This document shows, piece by piece, positions 39,780 to 52,684 of a stretch of DNA of 64,000 nucleotides. The stretch lies in contig CM041465.1 of the NCBI GenBank assembly GCA_023213395.1, forward strand, positions 88,605,741-88,669,740. The letters are read 5' to 3'. The notes under the pieces are model-generated. The model saw only the letters and a list, made by a program, of their open reading frames with translations. It was not told the DNA's origin and did no database searches. Both the position numbers and the translations under genes were made by a program. Each line of letters starts with the position of its first letter. Position 1 is the first letter of the stretch. Origin of the DNA: Cycas panzhihuaensis. Lineage: Eukaryota > Plantae > Cycadophyta.

Positions 39780-40210
39780 CATAAAGTGATCTCATTAGTG
39801 ACCCAACGATAAATCTTATAAGGTTTAATATATCCTTTAAATCCAATAATATAGCCTGCACATATGCCATCAGTTTGTCCATATATATAGGATTGATAAA
39901 GATTGATTATTACAACAACCATGTTTGATAAATTTATAGGAATAAAGATGTATTTCATGTACTGCATCATCTCAGATTATTCTAGGCTATATAGATATTG
40001 AGTTTAGAAGCACAAATAATTTATCCTCCTCATCGCCATTAGTAATGGTGTTTTTTTTTTTTTTTTCTTTGGTGGAAGACGGCATGAATGCCACTTCCTT
40101 TACTTAAGAATATATTGAGATTTTATAACCAGATGCAGCTAGTGTTCTACCTAATGAGTATATCATCACTTGTATTCTCTTAGAATGTGCCAATTTAGCA
40201 TCTAAAATAT
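39780..40210 (+). pseudogene. Decayed PLS-class pentatricopeptide repeat (PPR) gene fragment
   Basis: Frameshift-corrected readings: SFKSNNIACTYAISLSIYIG...(V/M)FDK...NKDV-SCTA-IISDYSR (39833-39986; compare GF.SD...LI.MY..CG....A..VFD.M..KDVVSWTA.ISGY) and FYNQMQL-VLPNEYIITCILLECANLAS (40122-40203; compare F.QMQ..GV.PN..TF...L.ACA.LA). Confidence 0.6.
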
Positions 40211-40235
40211 ATAGTGATAATAGTACAAATGAACG

Positions 40236-40373
40236 AATGAGGATTGATTACTTAATGGTTAGTTTCTACACTCACTTTAATTAATTAATTAAGAAGGATT
40301 GATTTTAGGATATGAATGGATGAGGATTGATTGCTTAATGGTTAGTTCCTACACTCACTTTAATTAATTAAGA
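40236..40373. repeat. Two ~55-bp direct repeats (period 83 bp) just upstream of the PPT
   Basis: TGAGGATTGATT(A/G)CTTAATGGTTAGTT(T/C)CTACACTCACTTTAATTAATTAA at 40238 and 40321. Confidence 0.9.
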
Positions 40374-41620
40374 TTCATCCCAATCAAAAGAATGTCAAAA
40401 GAATAGAGGTTGTGTTTGTAAGAAATTAAACATTATGGGGGGATGTTGGAATATAATATTTAATTTATAATATATATATTAAGGGTCTTATTTTTATAGT
40501 TGGGGTCAGTCAAAACTTAATATTGTGAACTTAGGTATGTGGGGTCTATTGTGCACATACTAATTTATAATATCATTATAATGTTGATCATATAAGGTGC
40601 CATGTATCACCTTACTTGATCAACTTATTATATTATTTAAAATGGTTTTATAATGCTATATGTATACATTTAATATTTAATATATCAATAGATCAATACT
40701 AGTTTTTATTATTGTTCATTTTGTTTCTCATATATTGAATATGTGCATTTTCAAAACACCAACCATACATTTGAGAAACCCAAATATTTTCTATAAATTT
40801 TAAGCGGCTTTACTATAATAAAATTATGAAATTTATAAGGATTTTAATTTAAGTCTCCTATATGTCACTATCTATAGTAAAAAAAATATGTTATTACAAC
40901 TTCAAATGGCATTAACTTTTACTACAAATATCATATTAACCTTAATTTTTTTTAATATATACATATTAAAGTCTACTTTCTATTGAAGGTGGTTTTAATA
41001 TAATTAGATATTAAAATAAAAGGTTATGAGCATTTCAGTAATAAGTATTATTACTATTCCTAATATATTTTTTAACATGAGAATACTATTTTGAGTATAA
41101 CTTCATAGAAGCTAAGATTTGCATGTTATTTAATTATTGGAAAGAAGGCTCAGAGTTAAGAAAAATAAGTGATGATATGCCAAATTTTAGACATTAAATC
41201 ATGGAGGTTTTAATCAGTAAATTTTGATAAGTAGTTTTTAACATGATAAAAAGTAAGTTTATTGATAACTTTAAAGCATATTTTGGCTTTTGTTAATGAT
41301 TTTAAAGGTTCTTAAGCATATGATAATACACATGAATATATGATAATAAATTTAGACAAATGTTTAAATGGAAAAATGACAAAAATATATATTAAGACTT
41401 ACTTTTATACTTTATGGCTTGAAATTATACATATCAAGCATGTAAAAACATATTTAAGGATGGATGGGAGACAAATATATGTTGGACTTAATAATGAAAT
41501 CCCATGAATGAACTTAATATATTTAATGTAGTTTTTTAACCACCACTATTCAAATGAAAGGATATGTTTGACATAATTTAATGAATAATCATCTAATTTG
41601 ATATATTATTTAGTTTAATG

Positions 41621-44600
41621 TATTATAATAAAGCATGCAATGGAGATAAAAAATTGAATGGATTAACTATCAATTATTAGAAAATTATTTTTAAATATTT
41701 GATAAAAATTTATATCAAAGAATATCTTACATCACAAAATTATCATACAAATCCTTACTCTTCACACTTGAACTTTTACAAATGAACTATATATAACTAA
41801 ATATAATAATAGGTAAAATATTAATCCTACCTAGTATGACATGTATGAGGTAAGAGTTATAACCCCCATTAGATTATCACTTATATAATATTAAATGATC
41901 CTATATCTAATATAATGCAAATATTAAGGGGAGGCTTATAACCCAAGGTTATAAGTCTAAAATAAACATTAATATTTAACACTCCCTCTTAATATTTATT
42001 TTATTTTTCCTAACACCTAAACCATCCCCTAGAGTCTAGAATCTATCATGTGCTAGTGGTTTAGTGAAGATATCAGACAACTATTCTTTTGTTGGTTTGA
42101 ATACCATCTCAATCACATATTTTTTAATGAACTCTTAAATAAAGTGATGGTACCCCTTAATATGCTTGGTATGAGCATGGAATACAAAATTTTTAGTAAT
42201 CTTCAAAGTAATTTGATTATCATAATATAAGATAGTTTATTCTAATTACTATAGTTCCATGTCCTCTAGAATCTAATATAACCAAATGGCTTTTATAGTT
42301 GCTACAATTACAACCTTGTATTATGCTTTAGTAGAGGATAAAGAAATAGTTGATTGCTTTTTATTATTTCAAGTGACAATAGCTAAACCTAAGCCAAAAT
42401 AATACCTAGAAGTTGACCTTCTATTATCTACATATAAAATCCAATTAGAATATGTGAATCTTATCAACCTAAAATTATAGTTATGATAGAATTTGAGTCA
42501 ATAGAGAATCATCTATTTTAAGCATTTAAGGATCCTATTTTTAGCTTTCCAGTGACTCTATTTTAGTGTTTCCATAAACTTAGATGTCATTCTAATTATA
42601 AAATATATATTAGGCCTATTAGTAATTAGGTATATTAGACTTCCTACTAGATGCCTATACAATGTAAAATCAACATTTACTCCACCATTTTTTGTTTTCA
42701 ATTTGAAACCTATCTCTATGGGGGTAGGCATAGGTTTACAACCATTCATTTTAAATTTTTTTAAATTTTCCTAAGTATACTTCACCTATGAGATGAAGAC
42801 ATGTTTAGGCCTTTATTATACTTCTACTCTAAGGAAGTAGTGTAGAATCCTTATATCTATCATCTCTAAGTAATAAGTAAGATCTTCCTTAAAAAATGAT
42901 ATAATATCAATATCATTACTTATGATTAGTAGATCATTAACAGACAACACCACAAATATGATTTTATCATTTTCTACTTTGATGTATAGGTTTAAGTCAA
43001 CTAGAGATCTCTTAGGCCTCTCTTTTAAAAGCACTGATCAATCTTTTTTAGACTAGGCTCTAAAATCTTGTTTTAGGATATACAAGGCATTCTTGAGTTG
43101 GCATACTAACTGATTATGACCTTTTTCAGCAAATCCATATAGTTTCTCTATGTAGACTTCTTTGTTTAAATCCTCCATTCAAAAATACACTTTTCAAATC
43201 CATCTAATATAGTTGCTAATTGAATTGTATAGCTATTGCCATAATAAGATAAATTATATTTATCTTTGTAATAAGAGTGAATGTTTCTTAGTAGTCAATT
43301 CCTTTTTATTACTTGAATCATTTTGCTACAAGACATGTTTTATATAGATCTATATATCTATTAGATTTAAATTTGGTCTTGTAGATCTATTTGCATCATA
43401 TTACTTACTTACTAATAGGTAATTCCACCAAATTCCATGTGTGATTCTTCTAGACTATTTGGATTTTAGTTTCCATAATGTCATATCACTTCTACTCTTT
43501 AAGTGCTTTTTTAACTATAGATGGTTCATTTACATCTAACACATATACCATAAGTGCCATATTCACATGTTCACAGGGTCATAATTTTATTTTTCACTTT
43601 CCCTCATAATCAATTAATATTTTCTCAATATCTTCCATAGTTTTTAAATACCATTTTGGAAGTTTCTTCTTTGAAGGAAAAGGTAAAGTATTTGGCAATA
43701 TCTTTGGCTTTACCTCAAGTTTTGGATTCAACTCTTTCTTTGGACTCTACTTAAAACCAGCTTCTAAAAATTAAAAGGATTCTAATTTTGTTATTTCACC
43801 AATGTCAAATAGATCATATCCTAGTTGGATAATGTCATGTAAATAATTACATTTAGGTAGCTCTCCTGGTCCTCAACATTAGTTGAACCAACACTCTAAG
43901 TCTCATCTTCTTAAAAGATTATATCACAATTTGTGTGAATTTTTTGAGTGGATAACTTATATACTTTATAAGATTTAATTTTCTCAAAGTATCTTATAAG
44001 GATGCACTTCATAATTTTATCATCTAACTTTCATCATTTCTCTTTAGGAATATACATGTATCTATATATTTAAAAATTTTGAGATAACTTATAGTTAGTT
44101 TCTTACCTAACGAAGTCTCCTTAACTGTTATGTTTCTAACAACCCTTTTAGTACTTCTATTTGTAAGATATATAGTTGTATTGATAACTTTTGCTTATAT
44201 AAATTTTGTTATATCCTTGCCTCACATCATCACTTTGACTTTTTCAACCAAAGTTTTATTCATCTACTTAGTGACTCTATTCTATTGAGGTACATATATG
44301 GTAATAAACTACTTGTTAATTCTATTATCCTTATATTAACCATCATTGTCAATTCATAAGACCTTGATCTTTTGACAACTTTCATTCTCCACCACCTCCT
44401 TGAACTATTTGGAGCAAGTGAAGATGAAAAAATCTAAATTTTCCTTAAAAATCTATTTATCAAAGTGATAAAGTATTGTGCTTCACCTAGTGAGATGACA
44501 AGCATTGGTCTACATATGTCTAAGTGAACCAATCCTAACTTCTCTTTATCTCTTGATGTCTTCTTCTTTGAAAAAGGCTCTCTGTGCTATTTTTTATATA

Positions 44601-47600
44601 TAAAAGGTTCATGTAAACAACCTTTATTTCTTATCATAGGAAAACCATATACCACTTTTAACTTATATATTAATTAAATACTAGTATAGTTTAGATAACC
44701 CATTTATTCATGCCATAACTTCTATTTTGGAAATATAGATGGGAATGCTCTCTATACATAAGAGTGTCATTATAGTTTGTACAAGTTATTCTTTTTTAGT
44801 CCCTTAGCTACAACATTATTTTGTTTGTCTCAAATAGTGCACTACCCTTGAGTAAATATTATAGCCATATCTTGTTGTTTAATCTCTCTAACTAAAACAA
44901 TATTAGCCTTTACATTTAGAACATATAAAATAATATCTAGATGATATTATTCTCTATTTGACATAATAATTAGAACTTTTCCTACTCTTGTGACCTCTAG
45001 ATTAGTGTCATCCCCAATGATAGGTTTCCACTGTACTTCCCATATCTAAAGAAACTAGTATAGCCTTCTAGCGATGTGTCATGATACACTAGAATCAATG
45101 AACTAAGTATCATGTGTATTTAAACTTATTTTGTATGCTATAATAAATAATTATTTTGAAATCTCTGTAGGCGTATTTTTTATTCCATCTAAAATGTGAC
45201 TACATTACATAGGTGGTCACTATTGTCATTGTTGTTACCTCTACCATTAGAGTTATTACTATTGTTATGAACATTATTGATGCTATTGTTCCTAATAGTC
45301 CTCCTTAATGTGGCCCAATTTTTCACAATGATAACACCTTCGCTTATATTATCCCTTGAAGCTCTTAGTTTGTCCTTTTGAATTATAAATTTAGAAGGCA
45401 CATTTTTCTTTAAAACAAAGGGTTTCTTCATTTTCGATCTAGATGATAACACTCTGAATAATTTACCATGCATATATTTTAATTTCTACTCATGTTCCAT
45501 AAATAATAATTCTAAAGAACCAGTTATGAGAGTGGGAAATTTATTTATTAAAGTTAATGTGGTTGTGATATTCTCAAATTAAGGTGGTATACTTCTTAGT
45601 ATATAGGTAATAATTCTTAAATTAAGAACTATTTTATCTATAGTCATTAATTGATTCTAAATTAATCTCACATGTCATATGTACTCTACCACATTCCTAA
45701 CCATCTTCAAGTTGTATAACTACTTCCATAGGTCAAGAGCTTTCATATCATGCTTATGCTTAAATAGATTCTCCACCATGCCCTATATTTTCTTTAGTGT
45801 AATAGCTCTTGATGTACAAGATGATGCTTCCACTAAACAACATGTTAAGAAAACTAAATATGATCTTATTTCCAATTGATATTCAACATTAAAAGTGACA
45901 TCAATAGTCAGTTTAGTTTCAAATGCAATAATCTCTTTAGTAACTTTAACTTTAATTGACTTGTCTCCATATTTCTAGAGATCATTTAGATGGAAAAAAT
46001 TGAACATGTGATGCTTTCAAATAATGTAATTGGACCTTTGAGTTTTTTTATAATTATTCCCAATATACCACCTCTACTGGCTATTTTAAGTAAAAAGAAA
46101 CTAGAAAGCAGATAAACAAGTATAAAAATAAAGAGAGAAAGCTATGAGAGTCTTTAGTCTACATGTAGGTAGATAGTATGAGTGATTTTTTGCCTCAATT
46201 AACTTGCAAGTAGTTAGAATACCATAAAAATCATAAAATTTATTTTTTCACTAGAAATTTATACAAAAATATAGTATGTAACCACTACTAGATCGAAGAT
46301 CTTGAAAATTTTGAGCAACATGATATATTTATTTTTATAAAATAGACATTTGATGGTCTCAAAATGGCCCCTACATTCAAATGACCATGTCATTAGGGGC
46401 GTACTTATGGACCTTAAATTACTTTTCATTCTAATTTAATATCACATAAACTTTAGAAAAAGTTAAAATATCTTATAACTAAAGTTTATATAAAATATTC
46501 CTTGAATAATATTCTCTAAAAAAGTGTGGAGAATGAATGGACCCCTTTTAAAAATCTATTATTTCACTAAAATATAATAATTTCTTCTAAAATGTTCTTT
46601 GTAACTACATTATTAGATTATCAAGGATTAGTTTAATAGGTCATACTCAAGGGTTTGGTGGCTTAGATCATTATTGGGCATACAAAAAGGATTTATTTTC
46701 CTTTGTTGGGTTTGTGTTTGGCCTCCTCCTCTATTGGTGTCCCTTAGAGAAAACTTTTGGGCTTCAATTTTGTGTTTAGTCCTCTAGAATAAGTTGTGGC
46801 ATATTTATGAATGTATACATCCTTAAAATTAGGCATCTTAATATGTCTCTCCTTCTCTAGTTATATAGCTACTTTGTGCATCCCTGATTGTCCAATTATT
46901 TTATGCATCTCTATTTAGATATAATAATGCATTCATTGTATTATAGTGGATGTGTTGTCAATGACAGCTTCTTGATAAGGATTCAAGTGGTTACAATAGT
47001 GTCCCTCCTATTTAACTAGTGTTTGACATCTCTATGGGCACATCTATGATAACTATTTCACCATCTATATAACAAATGGTAGCTCCTATGCATTGGAAAA
47101 TGATTGAAGGTATGTGTTTGAATATATGAAGTTCTTTTTAGCATTCATTTTATAGTTTAATGGCTCTATGCTAAGAAAATTTTGATTATTTACCTCAGTA
47201 TAGGCCATGGGACAAGTTGCAAGTTGCTCAAGTCATGGAGTATAAAAATTTTTAGTTTTATAAAGTTTTAAAACTATATAATATGAAATATAGAATATTC
47301 CTTATGAATATTCTTAATTTAATCAAGATCCCTTCACATAGGTTTTCTAAAAAAATACGTTTTAATATTTATTCATCAACTTTCAACAATATTTCAATAC
47401 TAATTTTCAATGAAGCTCACCTAATCTTCAATACCTGCTCAACACTCTTTAAAACTAATTCACTATTTCATTTTATCCCTATAAAACTTCAGAGTCTCTC
47501 TACTCACTTGCATGTATCTTTTTCAATGTATATATAGATTAATCTACAACCTATATACCTCTTTTAGCTTGCATGCATGTGTATCTTTTTGGATGTTAAT

Positions 47601-48183
47601 CTACTTACAAGTATATCTCTTTTAGTCATCAAATAAGTGCCCAACTAGCTATGAATTAAGTATGTATAACATGCCTATTAAATATGTCTAAAAAACTAAA
47701 TGCCTCACCTAATAAATAGTATTTAATTATATGTATCAAAATGTAAATCTTAACAATGATTAAAATTAGTACAAGAATCAACAATTGTAATTGATAATGC
47801 ACCACAAATTAGTTTTGATATTACATATTATAGTAAGACATGTAATCAAGATAAAAATTGAATGGATTAATTATCAAATATTAAAAATTAATTTTAAATA
47901 TTTGATTAAATCTCATATCAAAGAATATCGCACATTACAAAATTCATACACTAATCCTTAATCTTCACTCTTATATTTTTATAAATGAACTATACATAAC
48001 TAAATATAATATTAGATAAAATATTAATATTACTTAATATGACATATGTAAGGTAAGATTCATAACCCCTATTAACTCATCACTTTGTAATATTACATAA
48101 TCCTATATTTAATATAATACCAATATTAAGGGAAGGCTCATAACCCATGGTTATGAAGCCAAAATAAACATTAATATTTAATA
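41621..48183 (-). mobile_element. Full-length decayed Ty1/copia element with both LTRs and TSD
   Basis: LTRs 41621-41981 and 47826-48183. TSD TAATG at 41616-41620 and 48184-48188. Degenerate PBS GTTTTGATATTA at 47812-47823. PPT CTCCCTCTT at 41982-41990. gag ~46084, zinc knuckle CYHCEKLGHIKED at ~45320, protease *FIDSSVS at ~45105. RT (ORFs 42558-42749, 42816-43034) and RNase H DIFTKPL at ~42065. Confidence 0.96.
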
Positions 48184-48225
48184 TAATGAAGGTATAATAA
48201 TTACCTGATTATTTGATTGAATGGA

Positions 48226-48379
48226 TAAACAAATGATGGACAGTACCCCATGTTGTTTAAGAGAAGTTGGTTTTAAGAAGGTTGTTGGCTGAGTTTGGAG
48301 TGTAAACAAATGATGGACAATACCCCATGTTGTTTAAGAGAAGTTGGTTTTAAGAAGGTTGTTGGCTGAGTTTGGAGTG
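48226..48379. repeat. Near-perfect 2 x 77-bp tandem duplication
   Basis: Units start at 48226 and 48303. One mismatch seen (CAGT vs CAAT). Confidence 0.95.
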
Positions 48380-51300
48380 AGTTACCCACCTAATATGAGA
48401 TATGGAGAAGTCTCATAAGTTTAAGTGATTGATTGATTAGCAATAATGGTTCCAGGTTATCCATAAAAATAAGTTTAGCTAATGAGGAGTCCAACTAATA
48501 TGTCTTTTTGATAATGAAAAAATTGATAAGTATATATAACAAGAGGCATGGAACATATTACACATATCATCATGTTACAATGAATTTAATAGATCCAATG
48601 GTATGCTTTATTTATAGAGTTAGTTGGTTTGATGACTTAAAAGAAAGATTGGTTGCCAAATAAAGTAAATGATATATAAGTAAATAACACTAGTTAGTAC
48701 TTTAATGAAGAAGCATAAAAGATAAATTAGAAGAGGACTATATAACTCAAGGTACTTTAAATTCACTTGAGATATATTAAATTTTAAAAAGATAAAGTAG
48801 TAGCTTTAACATATATGAGTGATTACTTTGCTAACAGTATGAACGTATTACACCATATTCTTATGAGAAGATCTTTTGAAATAAGAAAAGAACTAAATGA
48901 AAAAAATAAGAGGTTGTAAGAATGATTAGTGTGGGACATACTTGTGTAAAGCACTTCCATGTAAGAGGCATTGACATGGGAAAGATTTATGCGAGAAATC
49001 TTCAAGCAAGAAAGAGATTAAAAGTATAGTTCCCATAGGTTATTCTTTTGTATGAGGGCTCTTTTTTACGACACTTTTTGACAAAGATAAACCATGCAAG
49101 AAGCTTCCATGTGGGACATCTCAATGTAAGAAAGAGATAAATATATGTAGTTCATGCAAATTGTTCCTCATAAGAAGGCTTTATTTTGAGGCACTTTTTG
49201 AGAAATAAATGTTATACAAAAGGAGTCATATGAGAAGAGTAAGTTCTAGAAAAGAGATAGGGCCTACCACATAAGACAAAAAGATGCAAATGAGCTTAAT
49301 GCCAAAAAAAGAATATATATAAGAAAAGAGACATATAAGAGTACTATTATTAGGATGCATGCATGTGGGTTTATATTTCTATGATTCAAATATTTATAAA
49401 GTAAACACCCAAGGAATAAACTCCTCTATAGACATATAGAGGTAATCTCTAACTATGAATCTCTTTATGTAAGAAAACCTACAGCATAACTATTGATCTT
49501 CCAACACCTACCATGATTAAATTCCAATTTCTTAATTTGATAGTGCCTTAATAACTCTATCAATACTAACCCAATAATTATTACAATTCTATTCCTAACT
49601 TGTAAAAAATAGGTGCACGATGTTAAAGCCATAAATTCATGAAATCACCATGATGCTGGCATCAATAGATATAATATACTTTTATAGTATGTTAATTGCT
49701 ATAAAATAAGGCTTTAAGGCATAAATAATTGTGCAAGATATAAAGTCTATAGATTGAAGTATCATAAAATATGGATTGAAGGGTCTCATTGAAGTAAAAT
49801 TTGAACATAAGTATTGGTAATTGAAAAAATGTCATGCGGTTAATAAAGTTTACAACCAATTGATAAGATGTAGTACATTTTTTACATTAGGATGAATGCA
49901 AGAAGTATAGAGCATGAGGTATTTTAAGTAATGTATTGGGCTAACATTCAATTATGGAAAATCATATTAACTTAGGTTAAGTTAGTATCTAATGTGAAAG
50001 TAATCCCTTACTTGAGATTATGGTAAGTATCAAAAAATCTAAAATAGTTAAGTTGGATACATAGGCAAAGAGGTTAGTTATGTAGTTAAAAATCTAGTTG
50101 TGAGTATGGATATAGATGGATATAGCAAATATCATAGAGTTACAATTTTACCTATCCATCTTCCATCCACCATTGATTTAATGATATGCATTTGGCACAT
50201 GATTGATTATTGAAGTAGGGTCAATATATGTGATCCAGATATTCATATCTAGATAGACAATGAAGGCATGTACATAGCATTGGCCGATCCCAAATGATAA
50301 CCAACTAATATTTGCCATGATAACTATCTTAATGGAAATACTAAGCTATGTCTAACTATACCATAGTAATCAAGACTACAATATTATTGTTAAAGATAGA
50401 GAAAGGTTTTAACTAATTTTTTGAGATTTATACTATCCTAATGATAAAACTAAGGAATGATATAGGATTAGGAAAGATATAAAATAAGGAAAGGGGAACA
50501 AAGAGTAAATTATCTTTTAGTGAGAGATTTACAAAGGCTTGAGCACATATTTTTTCTAAAATTCTTCTTTTACTTTCTCTCTATTTTTCTTTTATCTTCT
50601 TCTTCTTTTCTCTTCTTCTTCTTTACTTATATCTACCTACACATGCATTGTGGTAAAAAATTATATTTTGGTAAAGAAAATTTATATGCAATAGACTTCT
50701 TGGACTTTAAAACTCTTTAGTAAGTATATTAAGCTACCAAAATCTAAGGTTATTATGATTTTATGAGTTTGTATCAAAATATTTTACTAAATAGTGCTCC
50801 AATACTTAGGTAGTTTATTATATATAAACTATTTGACATTAAATTGCAAGTATTTTGAGACTAGATTACTTTACTCAATTTATTAAATATATTATCTAAT
50901 GTTTTGATGGCAAAGGATTTATTTGGTGATCAAATGTGCACATCTTGTATATGGTTTGTTGCTTATTAAAGCTTTTTTTTACAGTTTCCTCTAAATCAAT
51001 GGTTAATAGTTGTGAGAATATATGCTAAGGATTTTTTTTTGTATTCTAATACTTAACCTTGGATTATTAGGGAGAATACAATTTATATACTAGTGTTGTA
51101 TATTGATATCAATAAGAAATTTAGTGATAGGTCAACAATTACGGTCAAGATTAAGATCTCTTCTTATTTTACAAGAGGTATTTTCTTATTATATTAGCCC
51201 AAGGTAGATCAATACATTGATCTAATTCTTTTGACAGACACAAAGGGGAAGAAGTTGAGTTCATTCCTTTTATTCTTTCTTCCTTTATTTAGGGTTCTAT

Positions 51301-51879
51301 TGTTACTTCCTTTTTCTTTTTATTTACATCCTTACCATTTCTTTAATCTTTCTTTTACATTATGAAAAATGTCCTTTATAACTCTATTCAATGACCATTT
51401 ACTTTTTAGCCTTGTATATCATGTATATTATATATTATGCAAGCCAAATAAGTAAGACATGCAATTGGATGTTTTATGATTGTCTCCTTGTTGTTTATGC
51501 TTACTTATTGAACATGTAGACCTTAGCTTACTACAAACAAATCCTTATTGGGGTATAACGATAAAGAGACAAATATTAGTGACCATACTGGGGATATAAT
51601 CCCCACCTTATTTTCTATTTTCTTTTTCTTACTATGCATATTAGATTTGTAGTTTTTATAAGATGCTCAACTTAATAAGGAAGGCACATGCATAGTCATT
51701 GAAAGTTAAAGGTATAAAAAGAGAGCTAAAAAGTCCTCCTCTAAGAAATATTATCAAGGAGGCCTATTAATAATCTCATTGATGGCTAGATAAAAAGAAA
51801 ATAAGGCTTGATTTGGAGGCTTAATATTCACAAGGTCAAAATATTTAGTAGAAATCATTAAGTAGAATACATATTATCA

Positions 51880-52450
51880 TGGCATTCTTCCCTGGACTAG
51901 CCACCACCCATTAGGAATTAAAGGTGAGATGCATGAAATACATCATAGGGTCTTGGAAGCCTATCCTAGATTTGTAAGAGATGGGACGATTTTAGCAAAA
52001 TAGCATATTATTATATGTTTTTATTATGTATAAGTTGTTTGGAATTATTAAACCTAATGAAGTTATCAAGTTATTTATATATTATTTAATTTAAGATACA
52101 ATAGTTTGGTTCTATTGATTACCTATCTTCTCCATAAGATATTGGAAGGATTTGATATCAGCTTTTAATTTTAGATATAATAGCAACAAAATTTTTTATG
52201 CACTCAATAGAGAGTTGTCTTATATAAGAAAAGAAGCTAGAGAAATCATTTTAGACTATATTGAGAGGTTTGAGAAGACTCTTAATCAAATTGATATTAG
52301 ATGAAGACCTAAACAAGGTACGTTAATAGGATGGTTTCTTGGGGGCTTAACCCTGGAATTAGATTTTGGATTACTTCTAAAGAACTAAGGGATTTTTTAG
52401 TAGTGAAATCCCTTGTTCTATATCTTAAAACAACCATGGATAAGTGGAAG
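51880..52450 (+). pseudogene. gag: Retrotransposon gag (capsid) domain, decayed
   Basis: PRFVRDGTILAK*H...NEVIKLF...DTIVWFY*LPIFSIRYWKDLISAF...RELSYIRKEAREIILDYIERF...IGWFLGGLTLEL. Confidence 0.85.
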
Positions 52451-52651
52451 ATACTTTCTTTTTCTTCAAAAGAGTACATTGATATCAATTAGGATAATGG
52501 ATTTAGCATTATAGCGATAGATAAAGGAGATACATAATCACAATTAGATCACATAGGTTCTTATAAAGGAACATAGTTTATTTAAGTGAGCTAGCAATCT
52601 TGAATTCAAAATTTTCAAGGAAACCACACTCTTTGTTAATAAGAGCCTACC

Positions 52652-52684
52652 ATATATATATATAGATAGATAGATAGATAGATA
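52652..52684. repeat. Compound microsatellite (AT)n(AGAT)n
   Basis: ATATATATATATAGATAGATAGATAGATAGATA. Confidence 0.9.

Larger units (their letters stand above)
37248..40755 (+). mobile_element. Non-autonomous LTR retroelement (LTR family B) carrying host gene fragments
   Basis: LTRs 37248-37560 and 40444-40755 are colinear and both start TGTTGGAATATAAT. PBS TGGTATTATAG at 37564-37574. PPT GGGGGGA at 40437-40443. No gag/pol motifs inside. No matching TSD. Confidence 0.88.

Noticed and set aside
39710-39925. Continuation of the LRR pseudogene (DFSSVN*LRGY, INLIRFNISF, GLIKIDYYNN)
   Set aside because: Spacing does not fit 24-aa LRRs, and the downstream FDK/KDV/PNE motifs fit a PPR reading better. 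Not fully excluded.
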